DNA of 26,896 nt from an uncultured virus (IMG/VR IMGVR_UViG_2061766007_004337) (IMGVR_UViG_2061766007_004337), one strand, 5' to 3'. Shown: positions 17,410-26,896, counted from the stretch's first letter. Notes: a model not told the origin generated them from the sequence alone. Made by a program: numbers and translations.

Positions 17410-17988
17410 TTACAGTCTTCTTACTCCAGCTTTTCGAGCCGCCCGGTATAACGTGCTCTCACTTATTCCGTGCCGGGCAGCTGCTTCTTTATACGTCATT
17501 CGTTCCAGATCCTCCAGCGCCGCAACGATCTGCACTTTGGGTGTCGGCTTACGTCCATCCCTGTAATCCGGATCAGTCTTGCGCTTATACGCACGACCGC
17601 CTTGGCACCGTTCAACAATCAGATCGCGTTCCATTTCAGCGAACGCAAGGAACACCTGTAGTATCGCCTTGCCTGTAGCATTACTGATATCAATGATCCC
17701 GACGTTCATGATATTGACAGTGACCCCTGCATCAACCATCCTCTTGACGGTCTGATAGCCTTCAATGCTGGTGCGGCCAATCCGATCCAACTTGGTCACT
17801 ATGACCGTATCCCCCGGCTGAAGCACATCCATCAGCTTATCAAATTCAGGACGATCCATTTTCGTTCCGGTATATACATCCTTAAAAACCTTCTTGCATC
17901 CATTTTTCTTCAGGATCATTTCCTGTTCCTCAAGACTTGTGCCTTGGATCTGTATCTTTGTCGAAACCCTTGCATAACCATATATCAT
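17410..17988 (-). CDS. small serine recombinase (resolvase/invertase family)
   Basis: YGYARVST catalytic motif, VTKLDRIGR, FAEMERDLIVER, C-terminal HTH; GAGGTG RBS. Confidence 0.95.
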   Translation of the reverse strand: MIYGYARVSTKIQIQGTSLEEQEMILKKNGCKKVFKDVYTGTKMDRPEFDKLMDVLQPGDTVIVTKLDRIGRTSIEGYQTVKRMVDAGVTVNIMNVGIIDISNATGKAILQVFLAFAEMERDLIVERCQGGRAYKRKTDPDYRDGRKPTPKVQIVAALEDLERMTYKEAAARHGISESTLYRAARKAGVRRL

Positions 17989-18007
17989 ATATAATTCACC
18001 TCATCAC

Positions 18008-18092
18008 TTTTGACAGTTAATAAATGACAGTCCCCACGACTATATTTTACGTTCATTTTTACACGCTGTCAAATATTCATATTTTTGACAGC
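18008..18092. promoter_or_regulatory. putative res site
   Basis: Repeated TGACAG half-sites (18011, 18025) and palindrome CTGTCAAA-N10-TTTGACAG (18066-18091) directly upstream of the resolvase. Confidence 0.65.
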
Positions 18093-18255
18093 ACAAACGC
18101 TATAACAACATAAACTGCAACTCTTTATTTTTCATATTTTCCACCCGGTCAGAAGAACGCCTAACGGCGTCTCCGGGTGCAAATGTGAGGATTGTTTTTT
18201 TCTGTAAAGCACTTTGAGGATGGAAAACAAGACCAATGAGAAGGAGGGTAGCATA

Positions 18256-18996
18256 ATGAGCGCAACATGTGAACAGCTTACCTTTATTAGCGAGACACAG
18301 CAGCAAGAGCAACGCCGCCAGACTCTGCGCCTGCGTGAACGACTGATGTCTGAACACAGTTTTGAGTCATTTGATGATGAAGAAATCCTGTCAACAGTTC
18401 TCTCCTATGGCGGATCCAAAGATAATTCTTTGCTCATACAACGCCTCATGGACACTTTCGGTTCTCTGAAAGGTGTGCTGGAAGCCACAGCTGACCACCT
18501 CCTGCGTGTTGAAGGTATGACGAAGACTAAAGCAGGCTTGATCTGTTTAATGATACCCATGTGCCGTGCATGGCAACGATGTACCATGCAGACACCGAAG
18601 CGCATTGGCAACAGCCGCGAAGCAGAAACCTTCTGCAAGTCGTTGCTGATTGGCGAACGCATTGAAAAGTTCTATGTTGTAGGACTGAATGCGCAATGTC
18701 AGATACTCGGAGTTAGAAAGGTTTCAGACGGATCACTAAACGAAACATCAGCTTATCCACGTAGAGTCGCTGAAATTTCTCTCTTGTTGAATAGTCATAG
18801 CGTGCTCCTATGTCACGGGCATCCCGGATGTACATGCGCGCCTTCACCTGAAGATATCAGCTCCACAATTCAGCTGCAACGCCTACTCAATGGGCTTGGT
18901 ATCTTACTGTTAGATCATATTATTGTCTGTGGTGACAACTGTTATAGCATGGTAACCCACGGTGACATAGATTATCGCGTTAAAGGGGTGAGATAA
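18256..18996 (+). CDS. radC: RadC-family JAB-domain protein
   Basis: AAGGAGG plus ATG; HhH-like FGSLKGVLEA...VEGM; EKFYVVGLN, HGHPG...PSPED, LLDHIIV. Confidence 0.9.
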   Translation: MSATCEQLTFISETQQQEQRRQTLRLRERLMSEHSFESFDDEEILSTVLSYGGSKDNSLLIQRLMDTFGSLKGVLEATADHLLRVEGMTKTKAGLICLMIPMCRAWQRCTMQTPKRIGNSREAETFCKSLLIGERIEKFYVVGLNAQCQILGVRKVSDGSLNETSAYPRRVAEISLLLNSHSVLLCHGHPGCTCAPSPEDISSTIQLQRLLNGLGILLLDHIIVCGDNCYSMVTHGDIDYRVKGVR

Positions 18997-19391
18997 ATGA
19001 ACAGGCAACACAATAACTCTACCGCAGAAACGTTAAAACTCCTCGAACAAGGCATCAAGTCGCTGGTCAACTCCGACGCCTACAAAACGTATCTGAAAAT
19101 CATGTCCCGCTTCCATTCTTACAGCTTCGGCAATTGTATTTTGATCATGCTTCAATGCCCGACCGCCACCCGCGTTGCCGGTTACCGCACCTGGCAACAG
19201 AAATTTCACCGGCAGGTCAGAAAAAATTCCCACGCAATCAGGATCATCTCACCCTGTTTCTGTGAAAAAGAGCTGCCAGATGGAACCACTGTCACGCAAA
19301 CGTATTTCAAAGCAACATCCGTCTTTGATATTGAGCAGACAGACTCCCTCGACGGGGAAGAATTCCCCGAAGTCTGCCATCAGCTCACTGG
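18997..19391 (+). CDS. ArdC-like ssDNA-binding domain (DUF1738), N-terminal fragment
   Basis: YLKIMSRFHSYSFGNCILIMLQCPTATRVAGYRTWQ...RQVRK...VFDIEQT; starts immediately after the radC stop. Confidence 0.9.
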
Positions 19392-19401
19392 NNNNNNNNN
19401 N

Positions 19402-19795
19402 AGGATAATCACGGAAAAACAACGACACAGGAAACGTTAAAGCTACTCGAAGAAGGTATCAAATCGCTGGTCAACTCCGATACCTACAAAACGTATCTCA
19501 AAATCATGTCTCGCTTCCACAATTATTCTTTCGGAAACTGTATCCTGATCATGCTTCAGTGTCCGACCGCCACCCACGTTGCCGGTTACCGTGCCTGGCA
19601 ACAGAAATTCCGGCGGCAGGTTCGTAGAAATTCCCAGTCAATCCGGATCATCTCACCGTGCATCGTTGAAAAAGAGCTGCCAGACGGAACCACTGTCACG
19701 CAAACGTATTTTAAGGCAACATCCGTCTTCGATATCGAACAGACTGACTCCCTCGACGGGGAAGAATTCCCCGAAGTCTGCCATCAGCTCACTGG
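19402..19795 (+). CDS. ArdC-like N-terminal fragment, second variant
   Basis: TQETLKLLEEGIKSL...FHNYSFGN...; start lost in the gap. Confidence 0.85.
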
Positions 19796-19805
19796 NNNNN
19801 NNNNN

Positions 19806-20135
19806 CGCTTTTACCTTATTGCGCTGAACGCACAATGCCGTGTGCTTGGTAAACGATGCATCAGTACCGGCAGTTTAGCAGAAGTCAACGCATATCCCAG
19901 AATCTGTATCGAAAGTGCCATTTCATACAATGCACACTCCGTGCTCCTATGTCACTCGCATCCAGGGCTTACGTGTGCTCCATCACCTGAGGATATTTCC
20001 TCCACCATACAGCTGCAAAGACTGCTTAACGGCATTGGTATCTTACTTTTAGACCATGTCATAGTTAGTGGTGACAATACCTATTCACTTGTCCAGCATG
20101 GTGACATAGATTATCGCGTAAAGGGGCTGAGATAA
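19806..20135 (+). CDS. radC: RadC JAB domain, C-terminal fragment of a more diverged variant
   Basis: RFYLIALNAQCRVLG...HSHPGLTCAPSPED...LLDHVIV; again abuts an ardC-like start (TAA-ATG). Confidence 0.88.
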   Translation, partial: RFYLIALNAQCRVLGKRCISTGSLAEVNAYPRICIESAISYNAHSVLLCHSHPGLTCAPSPEDISSTIQLQRLLNGIGILLLDHVIVSGDNTYSLVQHGDIDYRVKGLR

Positions 20136-20919
20136 ATGAACAAGCAAAGCTATAACTNNNNNNNNNNNNNNNNNNNNNNNNNNNNNNNNNNNNNNNNNNN
20201 NNNNNNNNNNNNNNNNNNNNNNTATGTCTCGTTTCCATTCCTATTCCTTCGGTAACTGTGTGCTCATCATGATGCAGTGTCCGACCGCAACCCGCGTTGC
20301 CGGTTACCGCACCTGGCAACAGAAATTTCACCGGCAGGTNNNNNNNNNNNNNNNNNNNNNNNNNNNNNNNNNNNNNNNNNNNNNNNNNNNNNNNNNNNNN
20401 NNNNNNNNNNNNNNNNNNNNNNNNNNNNNNNNNNNNNNNNNNNNNNNNNNNNNNNNNNNNNNNNNNNNNNNNNNNNNNNNGCTCAAGGCTTTGACAGAAA
20501 TATCAGCCGTGCCGATCTTCTTTGAAGATATCCCCGGCACGACCAACGGATATTACCATCCCACAGAGAAGAAAATCGTTGTGAAATCTTCTCTGGATCA
20601 GAAGCAGAAGGTCAAAACTTTGCTTCACGAAATTGCGCATTCAATTTTGCATGATCCAGATACCGGCACACGAAAGGACGATAACGTCAATATGCGGGAA
20701 ACGGCCGCCGAATCAATTTCATACGCAACAATGTTCTGGCTCGGTCTCCCGGCTGATGACTATTCTTTCGCATATCTCGCCGCGTATACACAGGATTTCA
20801 CTACACTTCCCGAGTTCCACGCCTGCCTCAACACCATCCAGAAAACTGCTGACTCTATCATCAAACAGCTTGAGCAGAAAGGGATCAAATCATGCATGAA
20901 AGCATCCGTCAAGCCATGA
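20136..20919 (+). CDS. ArdC-like protein with C-terminal zincin metallopeptidase, gapped
   Basis: N-terminal FHSYSFGN segment; C-terminal NGYYHP...TLLHEIAHSILH...ETAAESISY...YSFAYLAAY. Confidence 0.85.
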
Positions 20920-21950
20920 CCAACATTACACAGGGCAGGCCCGCATATACGCCGTCTGCCCCGCCTGATCCGATTTATCACACTCCGGATATGTCTCCAA
21001 AGGAATTGGAGAAATTCATCCATGATCACGGCATCATCGGTCAAAATGAAGCTGTGAAAGCAGCTGCGCTGATCTGCTACAGGCACTTTGTACTACGCAA
21101 CGCCAGCGTTTCTCTCTTCTGCGGCCCGACAGGTTCCGGAAAAACGGAAATCTGGCGCGTCCTTGCACGGGAATTTCCGCAAATATACATTTTTGACAGC
21201 AGTTCTTTGACCAACGAAGGATGGAAGGGATCGAACAAGCTCTCATCCCACTTCCGGGCAATGGATCCCCGCATCCGGGAAAAATCAATTCTCGTCTGGG
21301 ACGAGTTTGACAAATTGTTGGAAACAAAGGTATCCGGAGGCATGAACGTATCAGAAACGATCCAAACTGAATGTCTCCGTATCTTCGATCACGATATCTT
21401 GTTCTACGGTCCCGAAAACAACGGCGATCGACCTTTGACTGTAGACTGTAAGCACGTAAGTTGCGTCTTGCTCGGCGCGTTTGACAACCTGCTTAAGGCA
21501 AAATCAAAATCACAGCAGCATAAATCCATGGGTTTTGGCGGGGAACCGCGTTGCAAAAACAAAACCCTTGGGTACGACAACACAGAAATCAGCTACTTTG
21601 ATCTGCGCCAATTCACGGAAATCAGGGATGAAATTTGTGGACGGATCGACCGTATAACGTGCCTAAAAAACCTGTCCGTCCATGATCACATCCGGATATT
21701 GCTGAATTACGTTGACAACCTGTCAAAAGGTACCGGTTGCAATATCACCGTTGACTTGGCGACCTTGCGTGATATAGCCAGCAAAGCCGTTGCCATGCCA
21801 TTTGGCGCCAGATGGGCTAAAGCCCGCGTCAGCGCCCTGCTTGATGACATGGTTTACGAAAACCCCTTTGAAACCAACTACGTATACTGCCCGGACACAG
21901 AAAGGACGGTGACCGCCCGTGATGAAAGAAATGTGGACACTCCATATTGA
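20892..21950 (+). CDS. ClpX/HslU-like AAA+ ATPase (single module, no zinc finger)
   Basis: IIGQNEAVKA, Walker A GPTGSGKTE, LTNEGWKG pore-loop-like segment, Walker B VWDEFDK, EICGRI, FGARW; alternative start at 20916 (ATGA overlap). Confidence 0.85.
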   Translation: MHESIRQAMTNITQGRPAYTPSAPPDPIYHTPDMSPKELEKFIHDHGIIGQNEAVKAAALICYRHFVLRNASVSLFCGPTGSGKTEIWRVLAREFPQIYIFDSSSLTNEGWKGSNKLSSHFRAMDPRIREKSILVWDEFDKLLETKVSGGMNVSETIQTECLRIFDHDILFYGPENNGDRPLTVDCKHVSCVLLGAFDNLLKAKSKSQQHKSMGFGGEPRCKNKTLGYDNTEISYFDLRQFTEIRDEICGRIDRITCLKNLSVHDHIRILLNYVDNLSKGTGCNITVDLATLRDIASKAVAMPFGARWAKARVSALLDDMVYENPFETNYVYCPDTERTVTARDERNVDTPY

Positions 21951-22323
21951 CATGATCTCTTACGATCCCCACCACGTCGATCCTGATGCTTCCGTCAATC
22001 TCCACATCACATTTCCTTCNNNNNNNNNNAGCATACATCGGATAAAAAGTGATTGGTCATGTGGATGCGGTTATACAACAGAGAAAGCTGATGACTCAGT
22101 TTCCCCTGACACTGGCAGCAAAGCCGATTGATCAAGCCCAGATAAAAAACCGCCCGGCCGGTAACTGCTCCTGCCGGGTTTTCGCTTTTTCCGCCCCACA
22201 AACGCGCCTTTTTTCGCTCCGGCGATCCGCGCGGAAGTTCTTCCTTGAACTCCGCATCAGGGGCGTTACAGGGCAACGTGGAGGCAAACGTTGGGGCGTT
22301 TGATTGTACATTTTCTCTCAATA

Positions 22324-22540
22324 TCAAAGCCCATAGACGCGCACGGCATTATCCCAGAAAAGTCGTTGGTATTCGTCTTCCTTCAATTCCATTTTCATCA
22401 GGCATTCGATATCAGGATGCGGATTCCACATTGGGTAATCCGTACCAAACATCACTCTGTCTACTCCCCATTTTCGGATTAATTCTCTGCCCTTTTCACA
22501 ACCGACCGCATAGAACGTAGAGGAAGCATCCACAACAATA
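22324..22540 (-). CDS. amidohydrolase (Amidohydro_2-like), C-terminal fragment
   Basis: DASS...GVDRVMFGTDYP...LFWDNAVRVYGL*. Confidence 0.85.
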
Positions 22541-22839
22541 NNNNNNNNNNCGACGGCGATTTCTTCGCCTTCACTACTTATTCAAGAGATCACGGTCACC
22601 ACGGCCGTTTTCTGGTCTCTCCGGACGCGCTGAAGCTGGCGACGGAAACGGATAANNNNNNNNNNNNNNNNNNNNNNNNNNNNNNNNNNNNNNNNNNNNN
22701 NNNNNNNNNNNNNNNNNNNNNNNNNNNNNNNNNNNNNNNNNNNNNNNNNNNNNNNNNNNNNCTCCCTGTCCATCTGGTTCAGCACGTACTTGTCACCAGA
22801 CAGCCTGTGAAGTATCTGTATCATGAACCNNNNNNNNNN

Positions 22840-23376
22840 ACCGCCAAAGTGCGCACCGACAAACTTTAGTTTCGGGAATGCCTTCAGAACATTAACAATC
22901 CTGTTTGGATTGGAATAATCGAATCGATGATCGCCTGTATGCACCAGCGCAGGAAGACCCGCCTCGGCGCACAGACCATAAATACGCATGGCTTTGTGAG
23001 AATCCGCTTCGAATTTCTGGAAATCCGGATGCAGCTTTACACCACTCAGACCCAAATCAATCAACTCGCAGAAATCCTGCTCCGGATCTTCTGACTCCGG
23101 GTGCATTGTCCCCAGCCCTGTGAAAGCGCCATCTGATGCAGCCACCTCCGACGCAATAAAGCGGTTTATACTGGACACCTGGTGTGGAGTCGTTGCTACT
23201 GAATGAACCAAAAAGTGCGAAATGCCTGCCTCGTGCCCCGAACTGAGAAGTGTCGCTGTGGTTCCATCAAAGCGATCGAAAGGAAGATTTTCATAGAACT
23301 GATCAATGCCTTCGACCGCTTTCAATGCGATCGCTTCCGGATAAATATGGCAATGAGCATCGAATATCTTGTACAT
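22840..23376 (-). CDS. amidohydrolase (Amidohydro_2-like), N-terminal part
   Basis: IFDAHCHI, GVKLHPDFQ, LVHTGD, GAHFGG metal-ligand motifs. Confidence 0.9.
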
Positions 23377-23403
23377 TTCAAGCTAATCCTTTTTCAGATA
23401 ATA

Positions 23404-23530
23404 TCCATCCATGACCACATCCGGATATTGCTGAACTACGTTGACGACCTGTCAAAACGCACCGGTTGCAATATCACTGTTGATTTGGCAACTTTGCGTG
23501 ATATCGCCAGCAAAGCTGTCACAATGCCAT
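23404..23530 (+). pseudogene. isolated internal fragment of the ClpX-like AAA gene
   Basis: SIHDHIRILLNYVDDLSKRTGCNITVDLATLRDIASKAVTMP matches about 21675-21801. Confidence 0.7.
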
Positions 23531-23588
23531 GGGCTGTCTGTTATTTTGTAAAGTCATTCAAATCAAGTACAACTTCCGNNNNNNNNNN

Positions 23589-24357
23589 CGTATTCCATTG
23601 GTAGTAGTGGAAACGGATTTGCTTGCCGGCGTTGATCGCCTCGTGAAGGATATCCACGTTGTAGTAAATGCTCTCGTTCATGGTCTTTACCCGTCCGGCA
23701 ATAACTACCTGACGGTGAAGATGACTCGCGTCATTTCGGCTTACGAGAGCCTCCAGCTTCTTTATCAGCTCCCGGGATTTTCTTTCCGTGATGAATTTCG
23801 AACTCTGCACGGAATCCACAAGCAGCTTCAGTTCGGGAAGCTCAAAATCTCTCTGGCCAAGGTGATAATATACGCCTTTGCCGACCTGCTCCCGGATGAT
23901 ATCCAGACCGAATTGGCCGAGAAGCTCAATGTCCTGATACATTGTTCTGCGCTCTGCGTTTACACCGTAGGCGCTGAGTTTATCNNNNNNNNNNCTCTGC
24001 ACGGAATCCACGAGCAGCTTCAGTTCGGGGAGCTCGAAATCTCTCTGGCCAAGGTGATAGTATACGCCCTTGCCGACCTGCTCCCGGATGATATCCATAC
24101 CGAAGTGGCTGAGGAGCTCAATATCCTGATACATCGTTCTGCGCTCAGCGTTTACACCGTAGGCGCTGAGTTTGTCTATGATCTCCTGCAGCGTTATCGC
24201 ATGAGTCTCATCAGTCTCCTCTGAGAAGATCTTCACCAGATAGAGNNNNNNNNNNGATGATTTCCTGCAACGTTATTGCATGGGTTTCATCTGTTTCTTC
24301 GGAAAAGATTTTCACCAGATAGAGCATTTTCAGCTTCTGGTTTTCTCCGGCGGCCAT
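23589..24357 (-). CDS. WYL-domain regulator, N-terminal HTH part, as three overlapping variant fragments (24256-24357, 23995-24245, 23589-23984)
   Basis: MAAGENQKLKMLYLVKIFSEETDETHAITLQEII...ERRTMYQDIELL...ELKLLVDSVQSSKFIT...AINAGKQIRFHYYQW; ATG at 24357 after GGAGG. Confidence 0.9.
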
Positions 24358-24387
24358 CGCGCTCCCTCCCTTAACGAATTGGCTGCC

Positions 24388-24470
24388 CTGATTATATCAG
24401 AAAAAAGTACAATCTTCAATGACCAAGTCAGTTTTTCCTGACACCTTTCCTGATAGTATAAAGTCAGGAA
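24388..24470. promoter_or_regulatory. divergent promoters with palindromic operator
   Basis: Minus strand: TTGAAG(24419)-17-TATAAT(24396) with TGn. Plus strand: GTCAG-N6-CTGAC (24427-24442)-N11-TAGTAT (24454-24459) with TGn; further inverted repeat TTCCTGA-N10-TCAGGAA (24447-24470). Confidence 0.7.
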
Positions 24471-24510
24471 GAAGGAAAAAGTGCTGTATTACGAAGGGGA
24501 GGAAAAGAAA

Positions 24511-25317
24511 ATGAAAAGCATTCTTGGTTTTTCCATTAACGACAGGCAGCCGGAAACCACTGTCGGAACGGTCGAGACCGACAACACCCGCCCTGTCCGC
24601 TCACTGGTGCAGGTTCGCTTTGCGAATGACGGTCGCGTTCTGACCTACTACAATGACCGCTTTGCCCTTGAGGTCGGCGATACCGTTTTTGTGGACGGGA
24701 AGCTCGCCGGGAAGATCGGCACCGTCGAGAAGGTCACCACTAAGTTCAAAATCAATCTGGCGGATTACAAGCGCGTTATCTCCAAGGCTGACAGGGAGAT
24801 CCACGGCACCTACACCGAAGTCATGGACAAGATGGTCAGCTTTGACGCGGAAGCCTTTTCTCCCGATCAGTTCCGCACCTGGGTCATTGCTCCCCGGGTG
24901 AAGGATGACGACGAGGAAGACGAGGACGATGTCGTGATCGTCGGCGACGGGTATGAGCTTGACCTGACTGAGATCGAGAAATCCGATGATGTGAACTATT
25001 CTGTGCTTCAGCGCGCGGTCGACTATTGCGCGAACGGCAGCGTGGCTTACCTCTGTGTGCGGGACGGCGTCGGTACGGCGTTCATTAACGGCACGACCTG
25101 GTATGAGGTGAACTTTGCGCTGAACGGGGACAGCCTCACGGAGATGTACTGCGACTGCCCGTACCCCGGGCTCTGCAAGCACCTCCTCGCCGTTGCCATC
25201 ACGCTGCGTGAGATGGGCAAGCAGGATGGGTTCTCGCTCGATCGTGATTTCGTGGCCATCGACTACAGGCAGTTCTGGAGCATGGTCTCCCGAGTCAAAA
25301 AGAGCATCACGCTCTGA
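24511..25317 (+). CDS. SWIM zinc-finger protein
   Basis: GGAGG plus ATG at 24511; YCDCPYPGLCKHLLAV (CxC-x-CxH), preceded by the typical RAVDY...G...YEV segment. Confidence 0.88.
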   Translation: MKSILGFSINDRQPETTVGTVETDNTRPVRSLVQVRFANDGRVLTYYNDRFALEVGDTVFVDGKLAGKIGTVEKVTTKFKINLADYKRVISKADREIHGTYTEVMDKMVSFDAEAFSPDQFRTWVIAPRVKDDDEEDEDDVVIVGDGYELDLTEIEKSDDVNYSVLQRAVDYCANGSVAYLCVRDGVGTAFINGTTWYEVNFALNGDSLTEMYCDCPYPGLCKHLLAVAITLREMGKQDGFSLDRDFVAIDYRQFWSMVSRVKKSITL

Positions 25318-25327
25318 GGAGGAGAGC

Positions 25328-25501
25328 ATGAATATCGCGATAGCCGTTATGCTCCTGTTCTTCCTGATGTCCCTTGCCGGAAGAAAGAGCGGGAAAGCCG
25401 GGGATCGCAAACACGGCGAATCCCCGGGTGGTGAAATCGATGACGCTTCCTGGATAGAGGAACTTGAAATACTGGACATCCTTGACGAGGATCAATTCTA
25501 A
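25328..25501 (+). CDS. small single-TM / signal-anchor protein (57 aa)
   Basis: GAGGAGGAG RBS; hydrophobic MNIAIAVMLLFFLMSLAG then basic and acidic segments. Confidence 0.7.
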   Translation: MNIAIAVMLLFFLMSLAGRKSGKAGDRKHGESPGGEIDDASWIEELEILDILDEDQF

Positions 25502-25534
25502 GACCGAGGCTTAAAACAGAAAGGCGGTGATACA

Positions 25535-26896
25535 GTGATCGTATTGGCTGATTTGGAATGGATTGAAATGGACGGGCGGTTTCTTACGCAGCTCGCTGCC
25601 ATCCGCACCAATGAGAAGTGGGAAACGGTTTCGTATTTCAATGCTTATGTATGCCCGCCGAAAAAATGTCTCGCCTTTAGCGGTCATCTCGCGTTTGGCG
25701 GTGTCCCGGTATCTGTTTATGAGCAGGCGCTTCCGGTGGAGGATGCGGTTCTGAGCTTTATTGAGTGGCTTGAAGAATCCGACATTATCTGGACCTGGGC
25801 TGACAGCAACGCGAGGTTTTTGGAGCAGCTTCGAAAGAAATACGCAGCGGAAACGCCGCTCAGCATCCGGTCTGCTGCCACGAAAGCCAGAGCACTCGCG
25901 GGTGAAAGGAGCGGGACGAACCGTGATCCTTATGCTATTTTAGGAAAGACTCAGCCGCTGCCGGAGCCAAAACACCGGGCAGAGAATGATGTTGAAGCCA
26001 TGAGGCTTCTCTTTGCCAGGCTGGGAATGACAGAAGCATGTCTGCCGGAAAGACCCGCGCCAGTTCCGCAGACGCCTAAAAACACGCAGAAGGCGAAGAA
26101 CCTCCGCACCATAGAAAAATCGGAATACAATTACATCTATCTCCAGGGGGCGGATGTGTTTCACCGCTGTGACTGCAAGCTGTGCCTCAACTCCAGCCGA
26201 CCGATCATGGGTTCCGTCTATTACAGATCGTCGGCTGAAGGCAGAAGGCCGTGCGAGGTCTGCAAGCCCATCCCGAATTTAGTGTTGGTCCCCATAACGG
26301 ATGCGGAGCTGGCAAGGCGAGAAGCGGTTACCGCGGGAGAATTCTCTCGGCGCAATAATGAGATTATCTACGCGAAAATGCTCTCCGGAGAAACCATATC
26401 AATTAAGCGTGGCAACATCCTCGGCTGGTGCCATTTCAAAGGCCATCCAGGAGCGGTCAGCAAGGCCCTTATGAAGGAGCACGACTGTCTCGGCAAGGGC
26501 TGCAGATATTTTGAGCGGGATGAGAAGTGCCCGTATTGGAAACATCTCGAACTGCAGAAGCAGACAGAGGAAAAAAGAAAAGCGCAGATCCAGAAGGAGA
26601 AGCAGCAGAAAGCTATGGACAGCGAACACCTGCGTGTGCTTACTGAAAGCTGGCAGGAATATCTGGATGACATGGATTCCGATATGTATATCGTTCGTGT
26701 AGCGAAAGAAACACCTTCGTTATATAAGATTTTCTATGTCTCTGATAATCGCTTTGCGGACGGTAACCGTTATCCGAATTTCCTTGATACCTTGAAGTTT
26801 GTACATCCCCACTACAGAATTCAACTGCGGCACATACGTGATGTTGACGGGCATTTCGTCACAACATCAGAATACCTCAACAGGCGCAGAAAATAG
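25535..26896 (+). CDS. DEDDh 3'-5' exonuclease fused to Ada-like and further Cys/His metal-binding segments
   Basis: ExoI ADLEW, ExoIII HRAENDV; VFHRCDC...RRPCEVCKP; WCHFKGH...HDCLGKGCRYF; coiled coil; ends with TAG at the window end. Confidence 0.8.
   Translation: MIVLADLEWIEMDGRFLTQLAAIRTNEKWETVSYFNAYVCPPKKCLAFSGHLAFGGVPVSVYEQALPVEDAVLSFIEWLEESDIIWTWADSNARFLEQLRKKYAAETPLSIRSAATKARALAGERSGTNRDPYAILGKTQPLPEPKHRAENDVEAMRLLFARLGMTEACLPERPAPVPQTPKNTQKAKNLRTIEKSEYNYIYLQGADVFHRCDCKLCLNSSRPIMGSVYYRSSAEGRRPCEVCKPIPNLVLVPITDAELARREAVTAGEFSRRNNEIIYAKMLSGETISIKRGNILGWCHFKGHPGAVSKALMKEHDCLGKGCRYFERDEKCPYWKHLELQKQTEEKRKAQIQKEKQQKAMDSEHLRVLTESWQEYLDDMDSDMYIVRVAKETPSLYKIFYVSDNRFADGNRYPNFLDTLKFVHPHYRIQLRHIRDVDGHFVTTSEYLNRRRK

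Larger units (their letters stand above)
14003..22019. mobile_element. plasmid/satellite-like replicon: ori, SF3 helicase, HTH, resolvase, radC-ardC-AAA
   Basis: Visibly more AT-rich than the flanks, with a coherent gene set; 15187-19391 is one ungapped contig. True ends are not visible. Confidence 0.7.

Noticed and set aside
19506..20135. ArdC-RadC fusion ORF
   Set aside because: The fusion point is the N gap at 19796-19805.
22030..22829. Short ORFs and small contigs around the amidohydrolase C-terminus
   Set aside because: Too short or gap-bounded to assign a frame or product.
24601..25479. 292-aa minus-strand ORF
   Set aside because: Antisense shadow of the SWIM gene, which has the RBS and the metal-binding motif.

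Overview
Heavily gapped scaffold (dozens of N-runs, mostly exactly 10 N) from a Clostridia-like Firmicute. Short contigs from two or three closely related strain variants have been stitched together, so many genes appear as 2-3 diverged fragments and gene order across gaps is unreliable. Four units can be reconstructed. (1) About 1-11.5 kb: a prophage/ICE-like early region. A divergent XRE repressor plus ImmA/IrrE-type metallopeptidase faces a leftward operon: dinB-like Y-family polymerase, an optional 1.3-kb HTH cassette, two small genes separated by structured RNA leaders, a sigma-like protein, then Gp157, AAA_24 (Sak4-like) ATPase, DUF669 and an SF2 helicase. (2) About 11.8-13.5 kb: a 5'-truncated GmrSD-like HNH/DUF4268 restriction gene. 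(3) About 14-22 kb: a more AT-rich plasmid/satellite-like replicon with an iteron origin, D5/SF3 helicase, HTH, resolvase with res site, and a radC-ardC-ClpX-like AAA operon. (4) About 22-26.9 kb: an amidohydrolase, and a WYL regulator divergent from a SWIM / small TM / DEDDh exonuclease operon. The most interesting signals are non-coding. One is a bistable-looking RNA leader that hides the sigma-gene SD. Another is a conserved attenuator upstream of it. A third is a promoter motif shared by the WYL-divergent operon and the putative immA promoter. The last is a palindromic site followed by two different iteron families. All family calls come from motif recognition, not database searches.
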